A DNA stretch of 56,213 bases, taken from a virus (taxonomy: Duplodnaviria; Caudoviricetes). A program made the translations under genes and the position numbers. Below, one piece after another: positions 45,122-54,671 of the stretch. The notes beneath the pieces were generated by a model. The model did no database searches. It saw only the letters and a program-made list of their open reading frames with translations, and had not been told where the DNA came from. Position 1 is the first letter of the stretch; the number at the start of each line of letters is the position of its first letter. Location of the stretch: positions 1 to 56,213 of the IMG/VR virus record IMGVR_UViG_3300044980_000094. One strand, written 5' to 3'.

Positions 45122-45871
45122 TCACGGGACATGATCGGCGACCGCCGCCGAGGCGACCGACTTGGTCGCCGTGATAAGCGCCTGCGGCGCATTGGGGGGC
45201 AGGTCGGCAACCTTCTGGGCGGCAACGACAACCGGGGGCCTGGGCGGCGCGAGTGGCCCAGGCGCGGAACTGCTATCCGCATGCAATATGATATTCAGCA
45301 CCCCGGCCAGTAGCCCGGCAATGGCGACCATCTGTGTCGCCTGCTCCCCGCTCACGACGCCGCTCAACGAGAGCGCGCCGGTGCCGATCGCCGCGAGGAT
45401 CAGATAGGCGATGTTGAGCCACATCGAGACTTTTGGGGCAATGGACATTTTGAACCTCGCTTTTGGCGCCAGACCATTTTCCTGCAACATGATGCCTTCA
45501 GTGACCAGGTCCAGAGTCGTCGGGCTGGCCAGGTTGATGGCCGTATACGGCCCAATGCCGACCTGCTTTGCAATCGTCTCGGCATAGACGATCGGGTTAT
45601 TCCCCGGCTGGCCGGCCGGAGCCCATGTCGAGGCGATCTTGAACGGGGTATTGAGCCCCTGTTCGTCATATGATTTCAGGTTCAACTGGAGCGCATCAAT
45701 TCCATCCGCCGGCGTCGCGAAGATCGCAAAGCCCTTCGCATTCGCACCGCGATACCCCGGCAGGCTCTGCGTCCACTTGTCCGAGACCAGGTTGCCAGGA
45801 TTATTGCTGATAACGCCGAGAGACGCCCTATTGAGCTTGGCGAAGAAATTCAGAACTGCTTGACTGGCCAT
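45122..45871 (-). CDS. Lysozyme-like (NNPGN family) domain fused to two-TM holin-like domain
   Basis: SNNPGNL, F.TP.DG, WAP....N....Y, I..QENG; then two TM helices with possible internal start at 45448. Confidence 0.72.
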   Translation of the reverse strand: MASQAVLNFFAKLNRASLGVISNNPGNLVSDKWTQSLPGYRGANAKGFAIFATPADGIDALQLNLKSYDEQGLNTPFKIASTWAPAGQPGNNPIVYAETIAKQVGIGPYTAINLASPTTLDLVTEGIMLQENGLAPKARFKMSIAPKVSMWLNIAYLILAAIGTGALSLSGVVSGEQATQMVAIAGLLAGVLNIILHADSSSAPGPLAPPRPPVVVAAQKVADLPPNAPQALITATKSVASAAVADHVP

Positions 45872-45877
45872 GTCGGA

Positions 45878-45994
45878 TCACTCCATGACTAAGTATGTAG
45901 TCCGGCCGGCTTCGGCCTCCCCCGCCCTAGCACTGTTCATCGCCGCCAACAGCCCTATCCAGATCACTCCGACAGCCCACAGGACATTTCTCAC
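45878..45994 (-). CDS. 38-aa signal-peptide-like ORF, in frame with lysozyme gene
   Basis: GGAG RBS, GTGA coupling; MRNVLWAVGVIWIGLLAAMNSARA-GEAEAGRTTYLVME. Confidence 0.5.
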   Translation of the reverse strand: MRNVLWAVGVIWIGLLAAMNSARAGEAEAGRTTYLVME

Positions 45995-46248
45995 TTCGAC
46001 TCCTTGGCTACCTTTGCCTCAGCCGCCGCCAGATCGGCCTTCAACTTGGCGTCAGCGGCTTTCAGGGCCTCCATTTCCTTGTTGGCCGCCTGGAGTTGCG
46101 CGCTGAATACCGCCGCCTGATCGAGCGCGTTGTTGCGCTGCGCCTGGAGCGCCGAGATGATGTTGGCTTGAACGTCTGGGCCAGGGGCGCCCTGCTGGGC
46201 AAAAGCAGCGGTCGAGATCAAGGCGGAAAGAATGATAATCGTCTTCAT
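45991..46248 (-). CDS. Exported small coiled-coil protein (possible fibre chaperone)
   Basis: MKTIIILSALISTAAFA-QQ; L..QRN.ALD coiled coil; follows fibre gene. Confidence 0.75.
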   Translation of the reverse strand: MKTIIILSALISTAAFAQQGAPGPDVQANIISALQAQRNNALDQAAVFSAQLQAANKEMEALKAADAKLKADLAAAEAKVAKESK

Positions 46249-46255
46249 TTGGTCC

Positions 46256-47491
46256 TCAGTTCTGGCTGGTCTGCGCCGTCGCGGCGACGTCGAGTGTAAC
46301 ACATGTCCCTGACGAGACCGCAAACGCCACATAGTCGCCGGCTGTGATCGCGGGATTGCTAACTGTCCCATCGACCACCGTCGCCGCCGCGGTCACGGTC
46401 ACGGTCCCGATCGTCGTCGGGGTCGCGCAGGTCGTGCTGGTGCCGCATTCGAACATCGTGATCGTGGGATTGCCGGTGCATGAGAATTGCTGCGCCGAGC
46501 CCTCGATATTATTGACCGTCGAGGCCTTGGAGAACTTGTGAAACCCGGCCTTGGCGTTGATGACGGACGTCATCAGGCCGGGCTGGAAACTGACGTGGTC
46601 GGTGGCGTTGCTGGTCAGCGCGCCGCTGGTGACCATCAGGCCGGTGCTGACCGACGTGATGCCCCCGCCAACCGTGCAGGTGCTGCCCAAGGTGCAGGTC
46701 TGCCCGTTGACCGTCGTCGCGGGATTGGCGAGGTCGGCGTTGGTGACAAGGCCCGTTGCGGTGAACGAACCGGTCGCAGTCGGGCTCGCAATCGTCGGCG
46801 AGGTCGCGAGCACATAGCCGCCACCCGTCCCGGTCGGCGCGGTCCCGTTGTTGTAAACCCCCTGCGCGGCGACGTTGATCGTGCCTTGGCCCTTCGTCGC
46901 GAGCGTGCCAAGCCCGACACCGTTCTGGAATGTGGCCTCGTTCTCCGACGTGATCGAAGCTGGGGGCGTGGCGAATATCTTGACCTCCGTCTCGAGGTCG
47001 GAACCGTCAACCCACGTTCCGGTCACGACGCCGCGAATGTCGGCCACGTCGTGCTTGACCACGGTTCCGTCGTAGCCACCCCAGCCAAAATACCCAATCT
47101 CGTTGCCTGATACGAGAGTGGTTGGCGAAGCATAAGTCCCGTCGGTGCGGAAATCCTCAAAGGAGTTCGTCGCACTGCTGGACACGCCATAAGTTGACCC
47201 GACCGAACCATCGGCCGCCTGCACTGTCCAGTTCGTGGACGCGAACAGAGCCGCTGTGCTGAGGTTGATGCTCTGCGACAGCGTCCACGAATTATTGTGC
47301 GCGTGATTGATCGACGCCACGACAGCGCCAGTCGTCGGGGAGATCGTGAGGGTTCCGTCGCTGTTCGCGACCGAATTGACATTCGCAGACACATCAATAG
47401 GTGGAGCATTTCCGACAGTCTGCGCCTTCACTGCCCCCACAGCCAGCAGCCCCAGCCAAGCTCCAATCAGCAGTCTATTCCTGAGCCGCAT
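46256..47491 (-). CDS. Signal-peptide-bearing tail-fibre-like protein
   Basis: MRLRNRLLIGAWLGLLAVGAVKA-Q; Thr/Gly/Ser-rich, TGTG..VLATSPT, G.VTNADLAN. Confidence 0.78.
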   Translation of the reverse strand: MRLRNRLLIGAWLGLLAVGAVKAQTVGNAPPIDVSANVNSVANSDGTLTISPTTGAVVASINHAHNNSWTLSQSINLSTAALFASTNWTVQAADGSVGSTYGVSSSATNSFEDFRTDGTYASPTTLVSGNEIGYFGWGGYDGTVVKHDVADIRGVVTGTWVDGSDLETEVKIFATPPASITSENEATFQNGVGLGTLATKGQGTINVAAQGVYNNGTAPTGTGGGYVLATSPTIASPTATGSFTATGLVTNADLANPATTVNGQTCTLGSTCTVGGGITSVSTGLMVTSGALTSNATDHVSFQPGLMTSVINAKAGFHKFSKASTVNNIEGSAQQFSCTGNPTITMFECGTSTTCATPTTIGTVTVTAAATVVDGTVSNPAITAGDYVAFAVSSGTCVTLDVAATAQTSQN

Positions 47492-47891
47492 AGAACGCAT
47501 CCCCTGCTGTTCCGTAGATATTGATCTGGCCCTGCAAGGCCACTCCGCTCGTGGCACAGTAGTACTGCTGACCCGCAGCCAACTGCACTGCGTTGGCGAT
47601 ATTAGCCAATGCCAGACTCGTGCCCTCGCTCACATACATAGTATGGGTGCCGTAGTTGATAATCGTGCAGCCGACCCGACTGGGTCCCCCCTGCGGACTC
47701 GGCCCAGTCGCAGCCCATATCTGCTGCCAGACATTACTCGAGGCAATAGTTGACGAACTTGGGGCGCCAGAGGTCGTCCTCGGCGCCGGCAGCGTGACAA
47801 CGGGCTGCTGGGCAAAAGCGGCCACAGGCGGCAACAGTCCAGCCAATAGCCCCAGCCCGATCCCCAGCCCCAATCGGATAGATTTTCTCAT
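47475..47891 (-). CDS. Signal-peptide-bearing small beta-sandwich protein
   Basis: MRKSIRLGLGIGLGLLAGLLPPVAAFA-QQ; R.G..I.N.....MYV pattern. Confidence 0.75.
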   Translation of the reverse strand: MRKSIRLGLGIGLGLLAGLLPPVAAFAQQPVVTLPAPRTTSGAPSSSTIASSNVWQQIWAATGPSPQGGPSRVGCTIINYGTHTMYVSEGTSLALANIANAVQLAAGQQYYCATSGVALQGQINIYGTAGDAFYAAQE

Positions 47892-47937
47892 ATTCCCAAT
47901 CTCCAATCCTAGCCCCCCTAGCCCGTGGCCCCTAACC

Positions 47938-50079
47938 TCAGGGCAGTGGCTGCACTGCCAATGTCACATTGCCCGTCGCAGCTGAGCCTTCTCCCGCTGT
48001 GACACGGAAATATAAATTCGCAAAGCCCGCTGCGGTAAAAGTCTGCGAGTTTACACCCACTGCCAATGCCATCAACTCCGCATTACCCGCAGTTCCGTCC
48101 GCAGCCGTGCTTACTGTCACACTAGCCGGAGTGACGACTGTCGTCCCCGTTGCCCCTGGGCCGGTAAAGACCCCCGCCGATGCGCTGGTCAATGACCCAC
48201 TGGCGCCAGAAATCCTCACCGTATCGACTAGGAATCGCGTAAAGCCAGTCGGCAGCACAATCGGAAATACCGTATCGCCGACGCTGTTGAAATTTACTCC
48301 TCCAGAGACATACGAAATCGTCGGCAGCCCCAGCATTGCCTGCACGTTTGGCACAGTCAGCGCCGCCGGCACGGCCCCAGAGCCACTATTGTTCCCTACG
48401 ATAGTCTTGAAGCTGATCGAGGCGAGGTTGCCGACGCCGAGCGCCGAGCCGGCGACCTGGTAGCCCGTCGCGGCGTCGACCACGCCCGCTGCGGGCGTGC
48501 TCTCGCCGACGCCGAGCGCCGAGAGGCCGCCAATGCCGGAACTCGACCATGTCGAGGAATCTGCAAACGTCAGCGTTTCCGCGAAGCTGCATCCCGTGAC
48601 GACGTAGCCGGTGCGGGAGCACGACATCCAAGTGTTAGATGCGTTGTAGGCGTCGTTTACCGCTCTGAAAAAAATACTGCCAACACTATCTTCCGTGACG
48701 TCCCAATTGTGGGCGTTAGAGCCTTGCGACCCATTAGCGCGCCATTGCAGCGACGGGAGAGCGCCAACAATTTGCACGATCGGATTGAGAAGAATCGCCT
48801 GATTATTAAACGTCGCGTTTGTATAGGACAGAGGAACCACGTCGGCGCTGAAATTGCCCTGTGTGTTCGTGCCAAACACGACCCCGCTGAGGAGGACATT
48901 GTTGTCGCTTACAGTGCCGTTAATGCCGTAACCGCCATTCACAAAGACCGCATCACCAAATGTCGTCCCGGAAATGCTCGCGACAAGCGACGTGCTGTCG
49001 TTCCGGATGCCGTCTCCGGTAGAGGCGCTTCCGAGCCCGCAATTGAGAAACGAGCCGCCAGTCATCACCATATGCCAGGCGACGCCGCTCTGGAAATAAA
49101 GGCATTGCTTGGCTGCGCTGGCGAACCACGTCCCTTGAAAATACAGCCGAGAATTTGTCGATCCCGCGTCGGTTACATTAAAGCCTATGCCAGAGCCGCC
49201 CGTTGTTTCGTCTACGTCGGTCGTCGAACCAAAGAAAAGCTGCACGTTTGCAACAGCGGTGACGCTCTGGTCTACCTGAACATTTATCCCATTCTCCAGA
49301 ATATCCGTCGAATCAACATTCAAGCCGCCGACATTGCCCGCGATGTCCAGCCCGATCGTGGCGCCAAGAATCGACCCTTGCGCCTGAAAATCATCTGTGA
49401 ATTGCTGCCCGGCGTCGCCATTGATGATTTCGGCTTTGTTTGAGGCAAGAAAACTGTAGCCTCGCAGATGAAGCGTGTTGCCTCCGTTAAAGTGAATGCC
49501 ATTATAGAAATTCGTATTGCCGCCCGAGCCGCCGATTGCGCCACCAACTGAGATGTTTGAAATATCCGTCTGGCAGGTGTCCGCGAGTTGCAGGCCGTCG
49601 CCGCCCGTCATCACGGTGCTCGATCGGATGTTCAGGCCGCGAATTGTCCAGCCATAAACTGAGCAGTAGCTATCCGCGCTATCGTTCGCGACGCCGATGA
49701 TCAGCAGGTTGCCGGTCGTGGTTGATCCGGCATAGGTCAGCCGGCTATCCTGCCCATTGCCGATCAGCGAAACATAATTGACCTTCGGAAAGGTGATTGG
49801 GCTCTTGAAGATGCAATTCCCTGACGGAACATATACCGCCGATCCCGCCGTCAGCGACGCCGCCCAGTTCGTCAGCGCGGTCGTATCATCCGTCGTGCCG
49901 TCGCATTTGGCACCGAACTGCTGCGGAATCACTGGCACACTAGGAAGGAACTCCAGCGACCCACCCGAACTGGGCGAGTAAACATACCCAGTGCCCTGCT
50001 GAGCAAGCCCCGCCGACGCCAGCCCGAGTGCCAGCCCAATCCCCGCCAATATCGCCCGGACCCCTTGCCTCTTGCTCAT
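47938..50079 (-). CDS. Signal-peptide-bearing tailspike (pectate-lyase-like beta-helix)
   Basis: MSKRQGVRAILAGIGLALGLASAGLA-QQ; QFGAKCDGTTDDT.A...VYVP.G start of beta-helix. Confidence 0.85.
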   Translation of the reverse strand: MSKRQGVRAILAGIGLALGLASAGLAQQGTGYVYSPSSGGSLEFLPSVPVIPQQFGAKCDGTTDDTTALTNWAASLTAGSAVYVPSGNCIFKSPITFPKVNYVSLIGNGQDSRLTYAGSTTTGNLLIIGVANDSADSYCSVYGWTIRGLNIRSSTVMTGGDGLQLADTCQTDISNISVGGAIGGSGGNTNFYNGIHFNGGNTLHLRGYSFLASNKAEIINGDAGQQFTDDFQAQGSILGATIGLDIAGNVGGLNVDSTDILENGINVQVDQSVTAVANVQLFFGSTTDVDETTGGSGIGFNVTDAGSTNSRLYFQGTWFASAAKQCLYFQSGVAWHMVMTGGSFLNCGLGSASTGDGIRNDSTSLVASISGTTFGDAVFVNGGYGINGTVSDNNVLLSGVVFGTNTQGNFSADVVPLSYTNATFNNQAILLNPIVQIVGALPSLQWRANGSQGSNAHNWDVTEDSVGSIFFRAVNDAYNASNTWMSCSRTGYVVTGCSFAETLTFADSSTWSSSGIGGLSALGVGESTPAAGVVDAATGYQVAGSALGVGNLASISFKTIVGNNSGSGAVPAALTVPNVQAMLGLPTISYVSGGVNFNSVGDTVFPIVLPTGFTRFLVDTVRISGASGSLTSASAGVFTGPGATGTTVVTPASVTVSTAADGTAGNAELMALAVGVNSQTFTAAGFANLYFRVTAGEGSAATGNVTLAVQPLP

Positions 50080-50882
50080 GCCACCACCACGAAGCCGTTA
50101 TTATTCCACAGCTGCCCGCTGCCGGCGCCCGGATTCACCTTCGGCAGCAGATTCCCATTCAATACCGCCGACCCAGACTGTATCTGCACCGCCACAATGG
50201 CGCCAAAGCACGAGTCGTTGCCGCTCGTGCAAATTGCCCAGGTGGACAAAAAGACCTGAGTCATCTGTGTCAGTTCCAGCACAATCATGCCCGTCGCGAA
50301 CAGAAACGGCGCTGGCCCCGTCACGACGCCGTTGTTCGGGTCCTGGCCTGTGTCCACGAACCCCAGCGGATTCCCGAACGGAATCGTCGCACTCGTGGTG
50401 CTGATCCAGCCCCGGACCCTCTGCGGCCCAATCGACGCCGCGTTGCCGACGTTGCCGCTCACAGCCCATGTCCCCGGCGGCAATTCGATCGAGGTGATGT
50501 CAGTCGGAGTTGCAGTCGGCAGCGGAACGGGACTTGACTCTGGCACGACAGAGGAGACAATGGCAGGGCTGCTGGCCGCAGCCGTCTGGCCATCACCGAC
50601 CTGAGTAATCTGGTCCCAGATTACATCCCCGAACTGGTCCTGGACAATCTGCCTATACTGGCCGTCGAGAGCCCAAATGGAGCATTGGCCGCTGGCGTTG
50701 AGCCCGATCGGATTGGCGTTCGGCACTAGCTGTTGGGCGTCTTGCCAGGTCACTGCCGGAGTGGTCGTGTTGGGTACATAGATATATACTAGGCCCCCCG
50801 CAAGCGGCACCCCATTGGCGTCAACGAATGTCTGCATGCCCGGAGGCATTTTGCCATATCCGGCAGGGGCTGTCACAGCCAC
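50076..50882 (-). CDS. Tail anchor protein with head-binding-like N-terminal domain (no signal peptide)
   Basis: F.DANG.PLAGG.VY.Y...TTTP..TWQD......N.NPI.L.A.G. Confidence 0.78.
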   Translation of the reverse strand: MAVTAPAGYGKMPPGMQTFVDANGVPLAGGLVYIYVPNTTTPAVTWQDAQQLVPNANPIGLNASGQCSIWALDGQYRQIVQDQFGDVIWDQITQVGDGQTAAASSPAIVSSVVPESSPVPLPTATPTDITSIELPPGTWAVSGNVGNAASIGPQRVRGWISTTSATIPFGNPLGFVDTGQDPNNGVVTGPAPFLFATGMIVLELTQMTQVFLSTWAICTSGNDSCFGAIVAVQIQSGSAVLNGNLLPKVNPGAGSGQLWNNNGFVVVA

Positions 50883-50913
50883 GGCCCCCAGCCCATGCCC
50901 ATGCCTGCCTCTG

Positions 50914-52446
50914 CTAGTCCGCCCGTGTGCAAATTACATCTCCGGCCGTTGCATTTCCGCCAGTATTGACATTCTCGGTCCCCAGGAATAGATTCGTACT
51001 ACTGGCGACTGAGAATCTCTTCGTCCCCGTAAACATCTTCTGGATACTGCCTGCCGTGAAGGCTGCGGACAGGAACTGATCCCCGCTCGTGACATTACCT
51101 GGCTCGGTATTGGACTGCAGCCCGACCCAAGCCTCGAGGAAACTAAACGAAACCCCTGCATTCGGGAATGTCGTCACGATGCCCCAGCAGAGCCAATCCC
51201 CTGCCCCAATAGTCGCATAGGCCACATCCTGGGGGCTTGCCGTGGACATATTGGCCCCCGAGTGGCCGGTCTGCGTCCCGCTGCCGTTACTCGCGGCCGA
51301 TATTGGACTACTGCCCGCAGTCGCGGACACAGTAATAGTCGCGCCACTTTGCCCGACCACGTAGTAATTCGCCCCCGCAGTGAAACCACTCGGCAGCCCC
51401 CCAGTAGTGGTGAAATACACAACCGTGCCGACTGGCGGTGTGTTGGTTCCCCACTGGATATTGGCCGAGCCATTCGCAAAGGTCACTATGCCACCTGCGC
51501 CAGCATAGGTAGTCTGGCAGATTTCGCCAATCTGACCGGCCCCACAGCCCGGCGGAGTGCCACTGATATTGGGGGCCACCTGGCTGCTGGAGTAGTCCCC
51601 GCTGCTAGCCACTACTGTGCCTGTGCGCCCGGAGAAAGAGTTTACAAATGCGCCGCCGTCCTTGAGGACTGTCCCGGACGTATTCGCAAAAACCGCCACG
51701 TCATTGGCGGTTGAACTCCCTGGCCCACTGACATTGCCGCCTCCGCTGGGCGTTGCCCAGACTCCGTCTCCACGCCAGTATGTCGAGCTGCTTGCTGACG
51801 TGCCGCTGGCCAAATTAGCCACCGGCAGATTGCCCGTGACGCCCCCGGTGCCAGCAGCGGCGAGATTGACTGCGGCCTGGCCTGGGCAGCCTGCGGCAGC
51901 AGTTGTGCTCAGTAGCCCGGCGCTAGAGCCACAGAGTGCCCCCTGGGTTGCTAGCCCCGAGAACGTAACGGTCCCGCTAGCCCCGAGGGTCGTAAATGCG
52001 CCCGAGCTGCGCGAACTGGCCCCGATAGGGCTAGAGTTGATATTCGAACTGCTGATGCTTGCGCCGCTGATTACGCTCGTCTGGGTCGTGGCAGGGTTGA
52101 GCAGGATCCATGAGGTCCCAGTCGAGGTCAGCATGGCCACGTAGCCGGGCTGGGCGATGTCGTTTGGCGCCAGCGCGAGCGAGCCGGATTTGACCACCGG
52201 CAGGGCCTGCGAGCCCAATGCCTGCAAGGTCACATTTGGGCTAGTATTAGCGCTGAGGGCCGTCAGCAGCAGCAGATTGGTCGTATTGCCGCAAGGCAGG
52301 GCCGGGACTGTGATCGCGTTGGGCGTGCCGCCAGCGGCTGCGTTTGCGATACACTGGACGTTTGGTTGGCTGCGGGCAGGCCCTGAGAGGCCCCAGGCCA
52401 GAGCAGTCGCGGCTAGCAGCCCAATGAGGCGGGGCTTCGAGATCAT
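50914..52446 (-). CDS. Signal-peptide-bearing tail-fibre-like protein
   Basis: [27 protein letters not shown]; fibre motifs [46 protein letters not shown]. Confidence 0.82.
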   Translation of the reverse strand: MISKPRLIGLLAATALAWGLSGPARSQPNVQCIANAAAGGTPNAITVPALPCGNTTNLLLLTALSANTSPNVTLQALGSQALPVVKSGSLALAPNDIAQPGYVAMLTSTGTSWILLNPATTQTSVISGASISSSNINSSPIGASSRSSGAFTTLGASGTVTFSGLATQGALCGSSAGLLSTTAAAGCPGQAAVNLAAAGTGGVTGNLPVANLASGTSASSSTYWRGDGVWATPSGGGNVSGPGSSTANDVAVFANTSGTVLKDGGAFVNSFSGRTGTVVASSGDYSSSQVAPNISGTPPGCGAGQIGEICQTTYAGAGGIVTFANGSANIQWGTNTPPVGTVVYFTTTGGLPSGFTAGANYYVVGQSGATITVSATAGSSPISAASNGSGTQTGHSGANMSTASPQDVAYATIGAGDWLCWGIVTTFPNAGVSFSFLEAWVGLQSNTEPGNVTSGDQFLSAAFTAGSIQKMFTGTKRFSVASSTNLFLGTENVNTGGNATAGDVICTRAD

Positions 52447-53108
52447 ACTTTGGGGCCTGGGGCGAATGGGCTGGCACTCACTGGGCTGCTCGCTGCTAGC
52501 TCGCCCTCGATGACATTGCCCGCCTCTGGCGTCGAGGCCTTGACGAACGAAATCTGAACATTGACCGGCGCAGTCCCACTGGGGCCGCCTGGGCCACTGC
52601 TTGTTGGCTCCACCAATAGCAGCTTAATCGCCTCCATTAATTCTCGGTGGGAGAATTTTTGGCTGCCGGGATTTGCCCCCTCCTCGTGGAGGCGCCTTTG
52701 CAGCAGCAGTAGAGTGTCCAGGCCCAGATCCCTCATGCGGGTCCGGACATCGACCATGATCTCGTCCTTGACGCCACTGTAATGCTCGACTAGGGCCGCA
52801 AAGGTCGGATCGGACTGGATCGAGGAGATATATCCCGGCGAGTAGCCGGTGATGAGGCTAATCCTCACTGGGGCCTCGCCGATGGCGATAAGCCGGGCCA
52901 GTTGGTGATGGCTAAAGCGCAGGTCTTTGAGGGTCGGTTTGGGGCTCAGGGCTGGCGCCTGGGGCATGGCCAGGCGGACGATGTCGCCCTCGTCGAGGTC
53001 TCGGACATACGTGGCGCTGAGGACTAGGGGGCTCGGGCCGGAGCTCTGGCCCGGCCCTGGGCTCGGCACTGGCTCCTCGAGAGGCTGCTCTGCGGCGAAA
53101 GAGTCCAT
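52443..53108 (-). CDS. HTH protein, candidate terminase small subunit or late regulator
   Basis: H..LARL.A.G.....IS..TGYS..YIS....DP.F; first gene of late arm. Confidence 0.6.
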   Translation of the reverse strand: MDSFAAEQPLEEPVPSPGPGQSSGPSPLVLSATYVRDLDEGDIVRLAMPQAPALSPKPTLKDLRFSHHQLARLIAIGEAPVRISLITGYSPGYISSIQSDPTFAALVEHYSGVKDEIMVDVRTRMRDLGLDTLLLLQRRLHEEGANPGSQKFSHRELMEAIKLLLVEPTSSGPGGPSGTAPVNVQISFVKASTPEAGNVIEGELAASSPVSASPFAPGPKV

Positions 53109-53550
53109 TTGGGGCCTTGGCTGGCGGGATGGCGGCGACACTGAGAACGGGCTGGGAGGAGTCTGGTCGCCGCTCGGGTGTCGCCGCCGGGCGCAGCACG
53201 GAGCCACACACTACGCCGCCGATAGGATGGCGCAGAATGGGCGGCAGGGCAAGAAGAATGGGCATGGGCGAAGGGGAATGGCGGCAAGCATGGGCGGCGG
53301 ACACGGCGTGGGCGGAGCTGAGCTTGATAGGAAGGGCCGCGTGGAATGGCCGACTGTCTCTGGCCACCTAGCAAGGCCACGGTGTTTTTGCATCTCATAT
53401 CGATATGTCTTTAGGCCCTTCCCTGTGGGCTCTCCGCTCGGCCAGTCCCCCGGCCATGTCCACGCCGGGCCAGGAGCATTGTGGCCAATGCGGACTGGCC
53501 TAAGACCCGCACGAGGCGGGCCTGATGGGGAACGTGATGTTTGGCGCGCG

Positions 53551-53706
53551 CTAGCTCGTGGTCGACGCAATCAACGCAAAGCACCAAGCTAGACTAGCGT
53601 TGCACCCTAGTTCACGCCAAGTGGCATCGAACACAACCCATACCCCGTGCGGGTCCTGGCGGACGATTCCGAGCGCGTTGCCATTCAATGTTATTCGGTA
53701 TTCCAT
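53551..53706 (-). CDS. 51-aa early protein (not in ORF track)
   Basis: AAAGAGGAG RBS and own promoter; MEYRITLNGNALGIVRQDPHGVWVVFDATW... Confidence 0.7.
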   Translation of the reverse strand: MEYRITLNGNALGIVRQDPHGVWVVFDATWRELGCNASLAWCFALIASTTS

Positions 53707-53729
53707 TTTGGGCTCCTCTTTGATCGATG

Positions 53730-53774
53730 ATCCGACCCTAGCTCACGCTTCGGCCCGTGTCAACATAAATCGAC
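53730..53774 (-). promoter_or_regulatory. Repeated sigma70 promoter, copy 1
   Basis: TTGACA-17-TAGGGT; 45 bp identical to 54257-54301. Confidence 0.82.
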
Positions 53775-54019
53775 ATGACTTGGCATGCCAAATGAGCATG
53801 ACGCCGATCTAATCCTCGCATGACATTAGATGGCCAGCGCGGGCCAAGGGCGGACATGAAGCCATTGGGCTATGCCTGGCCCGCCGATCTAATGTTGGCA
53901 TTTTGTTCTAATTCACGAGCTGCAGAGGGTTGCATCGCGCAACTCAAGCGTGCATGGCTGGCCAACGAAAAGGGGCGCATTGCTGCGCCCCGATCCGATC
54001 CGTTGCTAGCTTGGGCGCG

Positions 54020-54232
54020 CTAGTCAATCATAATCGAGTCGATCAATTCAATCAACTCGCTAAATGCTTGCGCGCGTCCGGTTTGTATCTTGCCCTGTTG
54101 CACCGTGGCTGCGCGTAGTTGCAACGATATAGACTCGTCGCGCTTGCCCCATGCCCATTTGCGAATGTCGTCTTTAAATTGTTCAGCGGCTTGCAATGGG
54201 GTTAAATTGCCGAGTCGGAATGTGATCTGCAT
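54020..54232 (-). CDS. Small early protein
   Basis: AAAGAGGAG RBS and own promoter. Confidence 0.78.
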   Translation of the reverse strand: MQITFRLGNLTPLQAAEQFKDDIRKWAWGKRDESISLQLRAATVQQGKIQTGRAQAFSELIELIDSIMID

Positions 54233-54256
54233 GACCTGGGCTCCTCTTTGTTGACA

Positions 54257-54301
54257 ATCCGACCCTAGCTCACGCTTCGGCCCGTGTCAACATAAATCGA
54301 C
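54257..54301 (-). promoter_or_regulatory. Repeated sigma70 promoter, copy 2
   Basis: TTGACA-17-TAGGGT; identical to copy 1. Confidence 0.82.
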
Positions 54302-54307
54302 CCAGCA

Positions 54308-54565
54308 TCACGAATAGTCTGGTTGCGAGCTTTCGGGCGCGAGGATCAGGTCTGATGGCGGACAATTGCATTCGGCAATCCGCTGATATTGGCCATCAAT
54401 CATAACCGTGTCACGATACGGCCAATTACTGCCGTCATTTGCCAATTCGCCATTGAAGAATATGTTGCGCGCACCGTTATACCCGCGCCCCTCCGTGTAA
54501 GCGATGCTCTTACAGTTCCAACGGAGATTTGAATGATGCTTACACGTAAGATGAATGTGATTCAT
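54308..54565 (-). CDS. Small Cys/His-containing early protein
   Basis: AAAGAGGAG RBS; C..H...W.CK...R.IFF...EC.C. Confidence 0.78.
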   Translation of the reverse strand: MNHIHLTCKHHSNLRWNCKSIAYTEGRGYNGARNIFFNGELANDGSNWPYRDTVMIDGQYQRIAECNCPPSDLILAPESSQPDYS

Positions 54566-54590
54566 GACCTGAGCTCCTCTTTAATTGCCA

Positions 54591-54635
54591 ATCCAATACT
54601 ATCTCAAGCCTCGGGCCATGTCAACACAAATCGAC
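54591..54635 (-). promoter_or_regulatory. Repeated sigma70 promoter, diverged copy 3
   Basis: GTCGATTTGTG-TTGACA-17-TAGTAT. Confidence 0.8.
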
Positions 54636-54671
54636 ATGGCCCGAAGGAATTATTTGGAGTCGACGTTGGGA

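Noticed and set aside
53713-54635. 45-bp repeats as a CRISPR array or attC sites
   Set aside because: Spacing is hundreds of bases, the intervals are genes, and the repeats are explained as -35/-10 promoters with RBS; no cas or integrase gene
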